Assembly: GCA_003693705.1 (NCBI GenBank)
Contig: RBZT01000578.1
Location: forward strand, 1 to 64,000
Length of the DNA stretch: 64,000 bases
Direction of reading: 5' to 3'
Source: Polymyxa betae A26-41
Taxonomy: Eukaryota > Protista > Endomyxa: Phytomyxea
Positions 13,786 through 26,698 of the stretch are shown here, one piece after another. The position numbers were made by a program, and so were the translations under genes. A model generated the notes under the pieces. The model made no database searches. It had not been told where the DNA came from and saw only the letters and a list, made by a program, of their open reading frames with translations. Within the stretch, counting starts at the first letter, position 1; each line of letters starts with the position of its first letter.

Positions 13786-14662
13786 ATGTCGTCCGGCGCC
13801 GACCTGAAATGCGTATTGCTGGGGCAGAAAAATGTTGGCAAAACCTCGATCTGTACGTCGGTCGGCGTTATGATCGGCTATCATGCTGATGCTTTTTCTT
13901 GTAGTTAATAGATATGTTTATCAAGAATTTGGGCCAACATCGATGGTACATAGCCGGTTAATTACTTTGGTCGTCATTCTGATCGTATTGTTGATAGACT
14001 ATCGGGGCGTATTTTGCAGTGAAAACATGTAGAATCGGATCCGGATCTGCGTATAGCTTAGCAATATGGGATACGGCCGGCGAAGGTGGATGACATCGCT
14101 TAGATGAATGCAATCATTCACTAATGTTATTTTTTCTATGTAGAGAAGTTCGACAGTCTGACGAATTTCTATTGTGCGTTTCATTTCGTGATCTTCCTTA
14201 TTAACTGTGTTTGTTAAATTGCAGTTAGGTAGAGGAGCTCAAGCTGCTGTTATCTGCTATGATATCACCAGCATGCTCTCATTCCAACGCATCGATCGTT
14301 GGATTGATAAAATCACGAACGAAGCCCACGATGATTGCGTCATCGTTTTTGCCGGGAACAAACGTAATTTGGTTTTGCTATGGTTTGATGCTCATGCTGA
14401 ATCAATGTCAGTGGATATTGTTGAGGAATCCCCGAATAAGAGACAGGTGCCGTTTGCTGACGCCCAAGCGTTAGCTGCACAATACAAAGGCGAGGCTTTC
14501 GAAGTATCGGCAAAGACTGGCGCCGGAGTCGCCGAAATCTTCGATGCCGTTTTGAGACTGTCGATTAAGCGCGACGCGTTCGAGAGCGGGCGTGACGACT
14601 CGGGCAATGTGAATCTATCGCATGCACCCAGCAATAACTCAGCATCGGGATGTCGATGCTGA
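13786..14662 (+). CDS. Rab-family small GTPase (Rab24/Rab5-group-like), multi-exon
   Basis: LKCVLLGQKNVGKTS (P-loop), TIGAYF (switch I), IWDTAGEEKFDSL, NKLD (restored by splicing), EVSAKTG, and C-terminal CxC prenylation motif (GCRC*). Confidence 0.93.
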
Positions 14663-15085
14663 TCCCCAATATACATTACCGATCAAATATACAGTTGCAC
14701 AGACATTACTACTAGATCACTCAGTTCATCCAGCTGGTCTCTGCGTTTCTCAGATTTCCCGCTACAATAATCGCCTACAGCTGCAATTTGAGCGTTGTTC
14801 TGTTTAGGTCGCAAATTTCGGAAACCTGAGCCTCTAGGTATAATTTTGGAATTTTCGCTTAAAAGGTGTTTTGAAATCTCTCACTTGCGCCGTTTCTCTG
14901 AATAGGGACATCAACAAAATCAATACGAATTTAGTATGTTCTCATTGCAAATTGAGGATTCAGGCGGTCAATCGAACCTTATCTTCTAAATCTTTTTCGG
15001 TGAAATGGCGCCGTCTCCGAGTCGGAATTTGCTGGACCGGCTATCCGTCCTGCCACAGAATTTGCATATCATTATTCGTTGTTAA

Positions 15086-15351
15086 ATGCCGGGTCGTTTT
15101 CTAAGCGCGATCGCCATCCTGGGTGTTGGATGTCTCTCCGCTCAGCGTATCCAAGTGAGTATTAAAATCCCAGATGTCATTTGCGCTAAGCTCTGCGCTA
15201 GGACGAAGACCGATTCAAGGAGATCGATTCTGATCTGCGGAAATTGGATCTGGCATACTCCCGGCTCAGAACGCGGACCGATATCCTTGAGAAAACCATG
15301 CAGAATGACATCAAACAGACAACAACATCGAGTACATCGGCCACGTCATGA
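15086..15351 (+). CDS. Small (~72 aa) protein with N-terminal hydrophobic segment and short coiled coil, 2 exons
   Basis: MPGRFLSAIAILGVGCLSAQRIQ, then intron 15155-15201 (GTGAGT...CTAG), then DEDRFKEIDSDLRKLDLAYSRLRTRTDILEKTMQNDIK...TS*. Confidence 0.5.
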
Positions 15352-15871
15352 AATCCTTCCTCAAAGCATGATTGTGATGCCGTGCTGCTCCCTACATGTC
15401 GTACAGCCTACTACTAACTAATTCACCATAATGTGTGTAATCCCATGAGCTCAATCTTCTATAGTCTAATTGAACGTGGGAACCGTTTTGCTGTAGATTG
15501 CACCCATATACACGTTTTAAGACCATTCGCAAGTAGAGTTTTGCGTCTTGCACTTGCTGCCTTACCCAGCTCGATAACAGCGGGCCAGGGCCACTTCCAC
15601 TTCTGATGTAGATGGCAAAATAGCGCATATGTTGCAATGGTGATCACTCCGTTCACTGCGTTCTGACCATGATGGCCCCCTCGATACTGTGACGTCCGTA
15701 TGATGTGCAGCTTGTTGTTGCATCTTTGCCTGTTCAATCTGCAATCAGCAAGTATTATTGACGCGGTTTCCAGCGGTTATTTATGGATGCAAAGCCATGC
15801 ACAGTAAATCCTGATAAATCGACATACAAGACCGGACATGAGCCGGCGCGGCGCATAGCTCTCGGAGCTGC

Positions 15872-16873
15872 ATGCTGCTGCTGCTGTTCCACCAACTTCT
15901 GCGTCTGTTGCTATCCGTACGGACACCGTCATCTGGCTCTCATTTACAAATCCAACTCTATAACAACAGATCCGTCATATTTGCCACTTTGTATTCGACG
16001 GTTATCGTATTGGCCGGTATCGTCGTCACCAATACCGGCGATGTTTATGTGAGCGCCCCGGAGCAGCATCAGATCGCACGTTTCTCGTCTGCCAGTAACG
16101 AGTTCACGATGGTTGCCGGGAACGGGACACGCGGATACCGTGACGGGCCGGCCAGCACGGCCATGTTCAACTACCCGACCGGACTGGCCCTGGATCCCAG
16201 CTCAGGTCGCATCTACATCGCCGATCAGCTCAATCATTGCGTTCGCATCTACGACCCGCATACCGCCTCCGTATCGACTCTGATCCGTGACCTACCGTAC
16301 CCGCACGCGGTCCAGTACGTCAACCGGCAGCTGTTCGTCCTGCATGGTCCACTGAACGGAACCCGGATCGGACGTTTGGATGCAGATGGCTCCCTGAGCG
16401 TGATCTTGGGGAACTATTCAATTGGAGATGGTCCTCTACCTACCCGATCTGCAAATATATTCGGTGTGGGAGCTGCTGGTGCTATATTGTATGTGACACA
16501 ATATCAGCGCAATTCCATAGATCGCATTGATGTCAGGACCGGCGTCATTACCGACCTGAAATCGGTACTGAACCCCGCCAACGTCGATAAGATCATGTTC
16601 GGGCCGCTCGGTGTCGTCGTGGCTTCCGCGAACCACCACGATGCCGCCTTCCTATACGTTTATGAGTCGAATTTGGCTTATGAGATCGACCTGGATCTGG
16701 GTTCTCTACGGATTCTATCGGGATATCAGGATCGAGTTCAATATTGGCATCATCCAAGTCCGGATGTATCTATGAGGGCTGCTGTCTATACAAACACCGC
16801 TCTATACTTTATCGATCATGATGATCACGACGAGAGATCCCTCTACAAAATCCGTCGTATGTCTCTCTCCTAA
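15872..16873 (+). CDS. NHL-repeat beta-propeller protein with hydrophobic N-terminus (likely secreted), single ORF
   Basis: VAGNGTRGYRDGPASTAMFNYPTGLALDPSSGRIYIADQLNHCVRIYD is a canonical NHL repeat. Further propeller-like blades and several N-x-S/T sequons follow. Confidence 0.85.
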   Translation: MLLLLFHQLLRLLLSVRTPSSGSHLQIQLYNNRSVIFATLYSTVIVLAGIVVTNTGDVYVSAPEQHQIARFSSASNEFTMVAGNGTRGYRDGPASTAMFNYPTGLALDPSSGRIYIADQLNHCVRIYDPHTASVSTLIRDLPYPHAVQYVNRQLFVLHGPLNGTRIGRLDADGSLSVILGNYSIGDGPLPTRSANIFGVGAAGAILYVTQYQRNSIDRIDVRTGVITDLKSVLNPANVDKIMFGPLGVVVASANHHDAAFLYVYESNLAYEIDLDLGSLRILSGYQDRVQYWHHPSPDVSMRAAVYTNTALYFIDHDDHDERSLYKIRRMSLS

Positions 16874-16926
16874 TGCGATTAATCTGCTCGCATCAATTCA
16901 CTTACAACAAAGTTCCGGCACGGAAG

Positions 16927-17002
16927 CGTCGTGCTGGGCCAGGCCACCCCATATCCCTAACATCCCCCGTCGTACTGGGCCACCCCATATCCGTAACATT
17001 CC
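16927..17002. repeat. Imperfect tandem duplication (~35-40 bp x2) immediately upstream of the sphingomyelinase ATG
   Basis: cgtcgtgctgggccaggccaccccatatccctaacatccc followed by cgtcgtactgggccaccccatatccgtaacattcc. Confidence 0.85.
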
Positions 17003-17014
17003 AAGTGTGATTCA

Positions 17015-18013
17015 ATGCAAGTGTCAGTATTGGTTCTGATTCTATCGATTGTGGTCATTCTGGCCAGGGATGATGGTCATGTTGATATAATTTCATATAA
17101 TGTGCAATCATTCCCAGATTGGATACAGTCTATAGTCTATTTACCGAATCAAGGTCGGGTCGAATATATCCCCGAAAAGACCTTGGAAGCTGCCACAAAT
17201 CTGCTCAACCATCAACCAGATATGATTTGTTTTCAGGAGGCGTTCTCAGAGGATGTCCGGAACCAGATCAATACGTTTGCCAAACTGCACAATTATTATT
17301 CTCTTGGTCCTGTCCCGGCAAGTATACTACGATTTCAACCTTGTAATGGTGGCGTTATGCTTCTATCAAAGACCCAATTCACCTATCACACCATCCAAGG
17401 ATTTCCAACGACTACGACTTGCGGTCTGGATCGATTCGCTAATAAGGGTTTCATTTATGCTGAGACCATAATCAACAATGCTGCGATCGGTATCGTCGCC
17501 ACCCATTTGCAAGCCGTTGATAATCATTGTGCCTCCTATACGATGACTGCAGAGCAAGTCGCTCTTCTTAAACAGCAGCAGCAGCTGAAAAATATCGACA
17601 ACTTTCTCAAAAATGAGAAACGTGCTGTCGATGCTGTGTTCTTAGTCGGTGATCTCAACCTGAACTCATTTGATGGAAACGCTATCAATCTTGACGTAAT
17701 CCGTGCTGAACTTGATCTGGTTGGTGCTCGTCTACCAGCTTTGAGAGCTCCTCTTCATGGTCAACAACTCAGGGCATCATTCGACTTCACTACCAACACC
17801 TACGTCCAGAAACTGGCCAATCGCGAGCACCTGAACCCACCTCCACCCGAGCATGACGACTACGTACTGGCCCTGGGCGGGTACGGTTCGTCTTCGGTCA
17901 GTATGACGAATGTGATTGTGCCGGTGAAGAGGGAGGAATTCGGTGATCTGTCTGATCATCATGCTGTAGTTGGACAAGCGATAATCTCCTTCACATCACC
18001 TGTCAGCTCGTAG
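17015..18013 (+). CDS. Secreted EEP-superfamily phosphodiesterase, sphingomyelinase C-like; intronless
   Basis: Signal peptide MQVSVLVLILSIVVILA. Motifs ISYNV, PDMICFQEAF, NGGVMLLSK, DRFANKGF, ATHLQA, VGDLN, DYVL and LSDHHAV match the DNase-I-like SMase C catalytic set. Confidence 0.88.
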   Translation: MQVSVLVLILSIVVILARDDGHVDIISYNVQSFPDWIQSIVYLPNQGRVEYIPEKTLEAATNLLNHQPDMICFQEAFSEDVRNQINTFAKLHNYYSLGPVPASILRFQPCNGGVMLLSKTQFTYHTIQGFPTTTTCGLDRFANKGFIYAETIINNAAIGIVATHLQAVDNHCASYTMTAEQVALLKQQQQLKNIDNFLKNEKRAVDAVFLVGDLNLNSFDGNAINLDVIRAELDLVGARLPALRAPLHGQQLRASFDFTTNTYVQKLANREHLNPPPPEHDDYVLALGGYGSSSVSMTNVIVPVKREEFGDLSDHHAVVGQAIISFTSPVSS

Positions 18014-18213
18014 ACAAAAGCTACTTGTTATCGTATGGCTATGTTCGTTAATATCGACAAATCAATGTATATTATCTGGATAGATCGATAGATACCCGAT
18101 TACTATCCCGTTAGCAGTTATACACTTTGATCTGTAAACAGACACACACGATATAGATATGCCCAATATAGAGACGTAACATTGGCTGCAGGATGACGCC
18201 GAGGTTATTGTTG

Positions 18214-18814
18214 TTAAGGTGATGACGGAGGTAGTTTCGATTGAACAGGTTCAAGTATAAGATCATAGAGAAAATCGAGACGGACATCATGTTGGATGGC
18301 CTGCATGACGTCCTCCCTCTATAACAACATTGTAAACGCACAGGCAAAATGTGTCGTCACAAGAATTGGTCTAACCTTGATAGTTCGACGTTTATCTTGA
18401 TCAGCAATGTTCCATGCTTGAAATGTAAGATTGGCAATAAACAGAGCAGAGGCTTTCGACATAATCTGAGGTGCTTCACAGCTCGTCATCTATGAGTTTA
18501 GGCAATCCATCAGACCAGTAACGTTAAAACCCTAGGTGAAGGTTACATACAGCCACATCGCCATCACGTTTCATGAGCGATTTGATACGTGCTATTGGGA
18601 TCTCGGTCTTCTGACATCCATTCCCATGTCGTCCGGTCATGATATCATCATAGACCGGGGCCAGTAAGGGATCGATATTATCCTGAGTCTGGAATATTAT
18701 ATCGGGTGGATCCAATGTTGAAGGAGGCACATAAATCGCTGGCGACGGCGTGAAAGAAGGCGGTGGTGGAGGCGAGTCGCCCGCGATCCCGTTACTGAAG
18801 CTGTGGCTGTTCAT
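18214..18814 (-). CDS. Histone-fold transcription factor, NF-YC/HAP5-like, 3 exons
   Basis: IPIARIKSLMKRDGDVA|MTSCEAPQIMSKASALFIANLTFQAWNIADQDKRRTIK|REDVMQAIQHDVRLDFLYDLI. Confidence 0.85.
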
Positions 18815-19021
18815 GATGGGTCAGCACAGGGGGTCGGGGCGGTGGGATCACTGGGGAGGTGGCAACAGGCGCCTGCCCGTCGCCATCCTGTTATTCGTCG
18901 TCGCCTGCGCCGACTCATTCCGATCCACAATTAACCCGATGGCCGGCTCCTAGAAACCTAAAAACCCTTGCCTGAAACCCTAATCTGAATATATAAGTTT
19001 ATTCGTTTACATAAACAGCGG

Positions 19022-21566
19022 TTACCGCTTGATCGACATCAGCTGGGTCTGGGTCCGATCCAGCTGGGCTAGTACGTTCAAGATGCGTTCATGACCGTCG
19101 ATGGACGTATCGGGATCGATCTGATCTATCAAGCTCGAGCATTGCGACGTCATACGACGTACAGCTCGGTCGAGGTCCGAAACACGATCTGTCGGGGCTC
19201 GGAAGGCGCCTGGCGACCACGGCCTCACAAAAGACGGCGGCGTCTTCAAACGTCGTTGACGGAATCGAGCCTTGAGCATGAACTTGGCATAGAGCACTAG
19301 AAGACGTTCAAGTTTGTCACATCGCTCGATCAAATGCTGCAGCAGAGGTGGATCCGTGACAGACACCGCCGCTGTCAGCAATTGCTGAGCCTCGGTCTGC
19401 GTCTTCGTATCGGGAGTCGCCTGCATCCGTCGTACTGCCCGGTCACAGGCGCGTTCGATTTCACGTAACGTAACAGGACGAGAATCAGTCGAGGGAGAGG
19501 CGCTATCCGGACGGCTCTGGGCACGTTCGATAGCCTTAACGCAGACCTGCTCGACATCGTCCAGCGTGAAGTCGGCATCCGAAGCGAACTGCTTTGGTGG
19601 CGACGACTTGCTGCGGGATGTGGCTAGGTCGTTGCCCAGGAGCTGCATCTTCTGAGCGTTATCAGCAAGTTGGTCACGAAGTTGTCGGATCGTCTGCTGG
19701 CTATCCAGAAGCGCGGCGCGAAGGTCTGCAATGTGGTTATCAGTGAGATTTGAAGAGCGCATGGAGACTGCCTACTGTCAGCTTCGGCGCTTGCCTTGTC
19801 AAAATCGTGAAGTAGCTCGGCGTTGTTGGCCGTCTGTTGATGTAATTGACGGCGAACATCTTCAAGGTTGTCGTCCCGTTGCCGAATTTCGTTCTTATAA
19901 CGTTCAGAGTCACGCTGCCGTTCACGTTCTGTCTCGTTCAGTTTCGCTTGTAAAGATCGGAGGGCGGCGACCGCGGCTGCATTATCCCATTGACCAACAT
20001 TGACTTCAGAAATTTTGATGATATACCTTTAGAAGAGACTTGACTTGGCAGAGATAACGACATGGCCTATTTTATGTCAATTGCTGGTACCCATCGATGA
20101 TCTATTTGTATCGTTACAACGAGACGTCGTACCGGTTCTGTTACCACCGTTGGACTCCGAATGACATTGTAACGATGCATCAACGAATAAAGCGCACGAA
20201 ATTCTTTCAGATGAAAGCGCTAAGTATATCAGATCATCATGAGGAAGTACAGACTCTTCGTTATAATCAGGTTAAATTAAGGGCAAGGACCATAGATGCT
20301 AGGAAGAGCAACCGTAACGAAAGCCCACAACGTACAATATGGTTCACTACAGGATAACAGAGGGAAAGCGTTTCAGCAATTGCTCTGCGATGAAGACCAT
20401 AAACACGTGGGGCGTTCAACAGGAAGTACAGATTACAATCAGCATCTGCTTCGATACAGACTCGACATGCCGACAAAATACTGACAATACCGTTCCATAC
20501 ATTACCTGATGTTATAATGAAGACACAACGGCATCATCGCGTTCAACAGAGATAGATTATCAACAGAACGTTCTTCTGAAAGCCAGTTCGCAAGAGCATC
20601 TTAAATCGAACACTGAATGACACCAAATTGGTGGCTTGATGGACCAACTCCGTCATCATCAAAGCAGCATTAACAATTGCCGAGTAATGACAGCCTAGTC
20701 ACCCGGCTTCGACGGAGTCGATGCATTAAAGGCAAGGCCAACATCCTGAAAGGAAGCCGAACTTATGGTTAAAGGCTACTGGAGTTAAACACATTTCGGT
20801 ATCACAGATGCAACATGAAAATTGCTTCATAATTAGGTAACATCCGAACTACTGTTTTGCAATTTGATCATGGACAGCTTTCTGAACGATTTGGTCTCCG
20901 ATAGCCGGGTTAAATTGCACAATACTAAAACGGGTGTCATTAGGCGACAGCACAAAGAGTGATTGTGAAAAAATAAGCTTAACCAATACTTTCAGCTGAT
21001 CGTGTTGTACAAGGAACCTTTCGATAAGGACTCTTTACTAACTTTACAAACAAAAACAATGGGAAAATCGACATGCAAACTAGAACTTACGACGACCAAA
21101 GTTGCTTTCTTAGAGGTGCCTCTCGATCAAGGGCTATGATAGTCTCGAAGCACGCCCTAGTTGACAGTAATAAACCAATTCCAGCACCCACCATTGCATA
21201 TCCTAGACCGATTCCTGCTTTAATGCCCCAATGACGTCCTTGCATGTACCGATCTACATACAGTAATACTAAATTTCTGTAATATGGTCATTTGAAATAC
21301 CATTCGACAGTTTGAACAATTCAGTGGTTAAAATGACAAACGGCACAAACAGATCACAAGCCAACACAAAGCTAGTGAGGTGAAAAAGCGACCGTGATCA
21401 GAACGGTTAGCGATTGCTACTGACATGAGAAAGCGGCCGAGAGCGAGCAAGCTGCAGCAGCGCCAGCTCCAGATCGGAATAAAATCAGTTGTTTACAGCG
21501 ATCGACCGCCTCCAGCTCTATAGGCTCTGGCTGATACGTCCAGACTCGCCTGATGATGTCCATCAT
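19022..21566 (-). CDS. Multi-exon hypothetical protein with C-terminal coiled coil; 5' extent uncertain
   Basis: Last exon (ORF 19022-19762) joins upstream coiled-coil sequence (ALRSLQAKLNETERERQRD...FDKASAEAD|NLRAALL) across a ~50-nt intron. Further short open segments with splice sites continue to ATG ~21566. Confidence 0.5.
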
Positions 21567-21718
21567 CAACAGTTATTTAGATGATGAAAACGCTCTACAG
21601 CTCAAATATCAAATAGTGCGCCTTTTTCCGGTCCTGTTTGCAGTTTTGTGCGATTTTTTACGTCACGAGTGCTCCAGTCAGATAAAATGAAAACTGCGAC
21701 GATGAAATTTCTCTTCGT

Positions 21719-22499
21719 TTATCTGATTGATGTTTCCATCCGAATTAGTTTACGAGGAAGCTGTTGCGAAGAGCGAAGGCTGCTGTGGAGTAAGGTAGCA
21801 TTGTCAGGGTACATGGTGCGAACGCGTTCGTTATTGGTCAGCGAGACATCGAATTTCGCTTTCGTGCCATGATCGTTCCAGACATGGGCACCCAAACGCA
21901 CCGGCTCACAGACCGATTTATGGATGACGGCAGCTGGGATATCAGACCGAGGTTCCTGATGTCCTCTGGATCCCATGACACAGTACACATTCAATGATAA
22001 AAAGTTCGGATCATCGCATGCAGGGAAGTAAATGTCAGAATCACGATCTTTACCACTTTTCTAAACGTTCAGATTATTATACTTCCATCACGAGATAAAC
22101 GGCATGCGAATCTGATCATTCCGGACCCGAACCTATTTCGTAGACCGATGTACATAGGTGCCTTCTTTAACCAAGACCATCTCGTTGCTATAACCATGAC
22201 CCAGCATTCGCCAATCACCTTTTACATATTGATAATATGCCAGATCCTCTTTAGCACCAGATCCGCACCGGGTTTAACAACTGTATCTTCCTTAACCAGT
22301 TTTGTCTCGACCGACCCATTATCGCCCTCCGCTAGAATACGTTCTGTCTTTCACCAAGCAAGTACGAACAGTAGTTCCAGGTCGAACCAGATTGTATTGA
22401 GCTGTCAGGATCTACGGCGGGTGATTTCTCCACTGAAGCGATCCAGTCGTCTTCAGTCTTCACCAACGTCACATCACCAACTGTACATTTCTGCACCAT
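21719..22499 (-). pseudogene. Degenerate Vps62/DUF946-like gene
   Basis: Three W-N-D-x-G-S-G-like repeats: (KEDT)GSGAKEDLAYY, VRNDQ|KSGKDRDSDIYFP and VWNDHGTKAKFDVSL. Disrupted by a ~17-nt insertion (22265-22281), an in-frame TAG (22133-22135) and an intron donor apparently mutated to AT. Confidence 0.55.
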
Positions 22500-23821
22500 T
22501 GTGGCCGTCGTGCTCTTTGACGATGACGAATTGCTGACCGTTAAAGGATGTCTTGACCTGAACCGAGACGACAGAATCAGCGGCGTCGTCCCAGGAGGTG
22601 ACCAGATCTTGAGATGTGCTATGCTCCTGTTGTACCAAGTTTGCGTTGGTGGAACGTTCGTGTCGCTATGAATGATTGAGATTCTGCTAAATGTCCTGTC
22701 TTTGAACAGCTTCTTCGACAATCACGACCTAAACGAAAGCATAGCCGGCCGCCAAAGCGATAGAATGAGATTCCAAATTTAGAGCAATGAGTCTGGTAGT
22801 TTTGGTGTCTCATGAATCGTTCTGTTATATGCTCCTCCCGCTTATATAGCAGCGGTTCTTTCTAATTGTAGTCTGTACGTGTTATTGCCAAAGAGGTCAT
22901 TAAAGCATAATTGCAAAACGCTTCATTGTTTTGGCTCCTTGTGTTAATGCTGTTGCCATTTCTAAACAGTTGCTGAATAAGGCAAGCAGAACTGATATAT
23001 ACACGCCCTCAGTGCGATAAAGCGCTGATGCAACCTCAAAATCGTGTCACATTGAAACGGATTGCTGAAAGCGATGCTTCTTGCAGGAGCCGTTCACTTC
23101 CGAATCACTAGGTCGGAAATTGCTTTGTTCACTTGAATTGATCTTTGCCATGTTTAAAGAGCATGATACCGAGAAGTTGGAGAGTGCCATCTAGGATAAA
23201 AAAAGTAGTTCGTCGATTCACGTTTTTTCAAAGTCAAGCTTGACTCAACATGTAATTGTCAAAATCGTCTTTGTTGGGAAGTGGCATCGTTCTTCGGTAA
23301 ACAGATTGCTGACACTAAACCGGCCGAATCCCTCTACTGATGAATTCAACACTAGAGGACAGATCGTATTTGAGGCTGTTATATGATATATATAACCAAT
23401 CGATAGGTGCTTCATTCGTGATAGTCGATCCCGATTATAACAGCAGCCTGACTCATTCCATCTCTAAACACCGGTGGCATAGAGGAGCTTCACTGACAGG
23501 CAACGTTGGGATGGGTGACGAAGCGCCTTCGGCCCAAAACCGATGGAATGAGATCAGAATCCAGACCAGGGCCTTGGCAGAATTATCATTCATGACACCT
23601 TTGTAATTCTGATACTAAACTACTCCAAATAAGCCATCTATGATATCGAGTCCTCAATATTGATTCAGCAGTTAAAGCTCAATTGTCGTTACAACATCCA
23701 CTGTGAACTGACAAAAGGGCGGTCTCATGGACCATGTGACATGTTCACGTTACACCTATTGACATATTGAGCCACTCGCGGAGCCTATCTATGTTGCCTA
23801 TTGAATGTATGCCAGTTGCAA

Positions 23822-26698
23822 ATGTCTACCATGATTTATCGTTTCAGATTTAGATACCCATTGGATGGTCAGACGTCGAGGTCATTGTTTACATCAGCAG
23901 GTAGGCGGCATCGTTGGGCCGCTGAGAACCTAATTGATTCGCCTTAGCTTTGCCTTCAACATTTGACAAAATCTTGATTGCAAATCGGGGCGAGATCGCT
24001 TGCAGAATTGCTCGAACAGCCAAAAAACTTGGGATTAAGACAGTTGCGGTTGGTTTACATTGATGGGCTCAAAGGAAAGGTGTTTAGTCAGAAATTAGGT
24101 TTATAGCGATGCTGACGTTAATTCAATGCATTGTCAAATGTGTGATGAGGCATATCACATCGGTGAATCTCCTGCGGCTAAAAGCTATTTAGGTCGGTGT
24201 TTGTCGCTATACAGGTTTTAAATTTGGCTTATTTTGGTACAGTCGCATCGAAGATACTTGAAATAGCGAAGAAAACTGGCGCTCAGGCTATTCACCCTGG
24301 ATATGGATTCTTATCGGGTTAGGACGAGAACCTCTATTTCAGCTTTCCAATTGATAGTTCGTCCTAGAATCCTCTAAGTTTGCCAGGCAATGCGAAAGCG
24401 CAGGGGTTAATTTTATAGGGCCTCCTGCTTCTGCAATCGAAGCAATGGGATCTAAAAGGTGCGCTTCTCTTAACAATTCAGATTCGAAAATACAATGCAT
24501 GATAGTGCATCAAAACAAATCATGATAGATGCCAAAGTCCCTGTAGTGCCTGGATATCATGGCGATGACCAATCAGCTGTTAGTTGATAATGTTGCTAAT
24601 CGTATAAAATTGTTATTTATTTCTATGTTTAGGAACGCTTGGCAACTGAGGCCAATCAAATTGGCTATCCAATCATGATCAAGGCTGTTCTTGGCGGCGG
24701 GGGCAAAGGAATGAGAATTGTTCGCAATGCGAGCGAATTCACGGAATTGCTGGAGGCGTGCAAACGCGAAGCAAAATCCTCATTCGGTGATGATAACGTT
24801 TTATTAGAGCGTTACATCGTTCGGCCACGACACATTGGTATGCTGACCGGGTTTGTGACGTAAACGTTTCTTGACACTTCTTTGGTTAGAATTCCAAGTT
24901 TTTGCGGATAAGCATGGGAACGCTGTCCATCTGTACGAAAGAGATTGCTCAGCTCAACGGAGACACCAGAAAGTACGAATAGGTGGATATCGAGTTTTTG
25001 ATCAACGAAACGAACGCTGCTATTAGGTCCTCGAAGAAGCACCAGCTCCCGGTATGACTGAAGATCTTCGCGAACAAATGGGACAATCTGCCATCAACGC
25101 GGCATTATCTGTTAACTACGTCGGCGCTGGGACAGTGGAATTTATTTTCGATGCCGATACTGGCGAATATTTCTTCATGGAAATGAACACTCGTCTTCAA
25201 GTCGAACATCCCGGTTAGCATGGCGTCAGATTTCTTTTAGTGGTACTATTAACGTGACAGTTTAGTTACCGAAGAAATTGTTCGAATATCCAATCTTTCT
25301 GGGTCAACGGACCTAGTGCAATTGCAATTCCATGTAGCTGCAGGGCTCCCTTTACCTTTCGAACAGTGTAATGTAAAATCTTCTGGCCACTGTATTGAGG
25401 CTCGTATTTATGCAGAACGTCCAATCAATGATGAGTCTGGGGTCCGATTTCTACCTTGTACAGGAACTGTCAAACACTTTTCTCCTCCATCACCCCCTGA
25501 AGTTAACGCTTATCTAATTCGTTGCTTTTTCTTACCCTTTATAGGATACCAATTTCAAAGTTCGCGTTGAAACTGGATTTAGAGAAAAGGATGAGATTTC
25601 CGTTTTCTACGATCCGATGATTGCCAAGCTTGTGGTCTGGTCCACTAGCAGAAATGCTGCTATAAAGGCAATGGCAAACGCTCTACAAGACTACCAGATT
25701 CTAGGCCTTCCGGATAGTAATGTTCAATTTTTAAAACGGGCTGTCCAGCATCCAGAATTTGTAAAAGGTCAAATCGATACAAATTTCATACCACAAAACG
25801 CAATGACACTTATTCCAACCGTAAGACGCTTTTATTGTAGACATCATGGCTAACTGTGCATCAAGCTGAAACCTCCATCGTCGAGGAGAGTCGTAATGGC
25901 AGCATTGTATCGCTGTAAGCAAAGCATTTCCTGCGGGGAATCCCCTTGGGCATCGAGTAATTCTTTTAGGGTTAGATTGAAAAACTGGTTTTCTCGCCTG
26001 ATGATAGTTGTTATAGCTAAATAACACTGCCGTAAGATCGCAGCGGTTTGAATATGGAGGTCCTGAATCCGTCGGAGCTGTGGGCGTCGATGTTCAACTA
26101 AACGCGGATGGCTCATGGCAAGTTGCTTTAAAGGATGATATGTTTCGTAATGTTCAGTTTGTTGCTCTTCCTGATTTATCTCCCCACCACTATCGCTTTA
26201 TTTTTCCAGATCAAAGCATTATCGCGAAAGTCGGGATCTTCTGACTTCTTGACGACAAACTCAAATTGCTTCTAGATCGTGCAATTGGAGAACGAGATTA
26301 CCGTTTTCACTTCTGAGGATGTTGAAACACTACGATTACCCGTGGTTAAATTTGGTGAAGATGTGAAGAGTGCCGGTTCTGGAGCAGAAGCTCCCATGCC
26401 CGGAAAAATCGTCAAGGTGACGGCATTGTTCAAGTTTTCTCCAAGCTTGTGCTAATGCATGCCTGATAGGTTCTTGTGGAGCCCGGAATGAACGTTGAAG
26501 AAGGGCAAGCTCTGATAATAATGGAAGCCATGAAAATGGAAGTAAGATGTTTATCGTGCTGTTAACCATTCTTTCAACCTCTGCAATTAGCATGTAATTC
26601 GGGCTCCTCATACTGGTGTACTGGGAGATATATTATGTAAAACCGAGCAATTTGTTGAAGCTGGCGCCGTTCTCGTATCGTTTCGGCATGAGGGCTAA
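23822..26698 (+). CDS. MCCC1: 3-methylcrotonyl-CoA carboxylase biotin-containing (alpha) subunit, mitochondrial; many exons
   Basis: [80 protein letters not shown] and the biotin motif MEAMKME. Arg-rich N-terminal presequence. Confidence 0.9.

Noticed and set aside
15392-15744. Overlapping short minus-strand ORFs
   Set aside because: Could not choose a frame or recognise a product.
22900-23800. Unusually long intergenic gap, considered as a mobile element
   Set aside because: No terminal repeats, target-site duplications or transposase/RT motifs seen.
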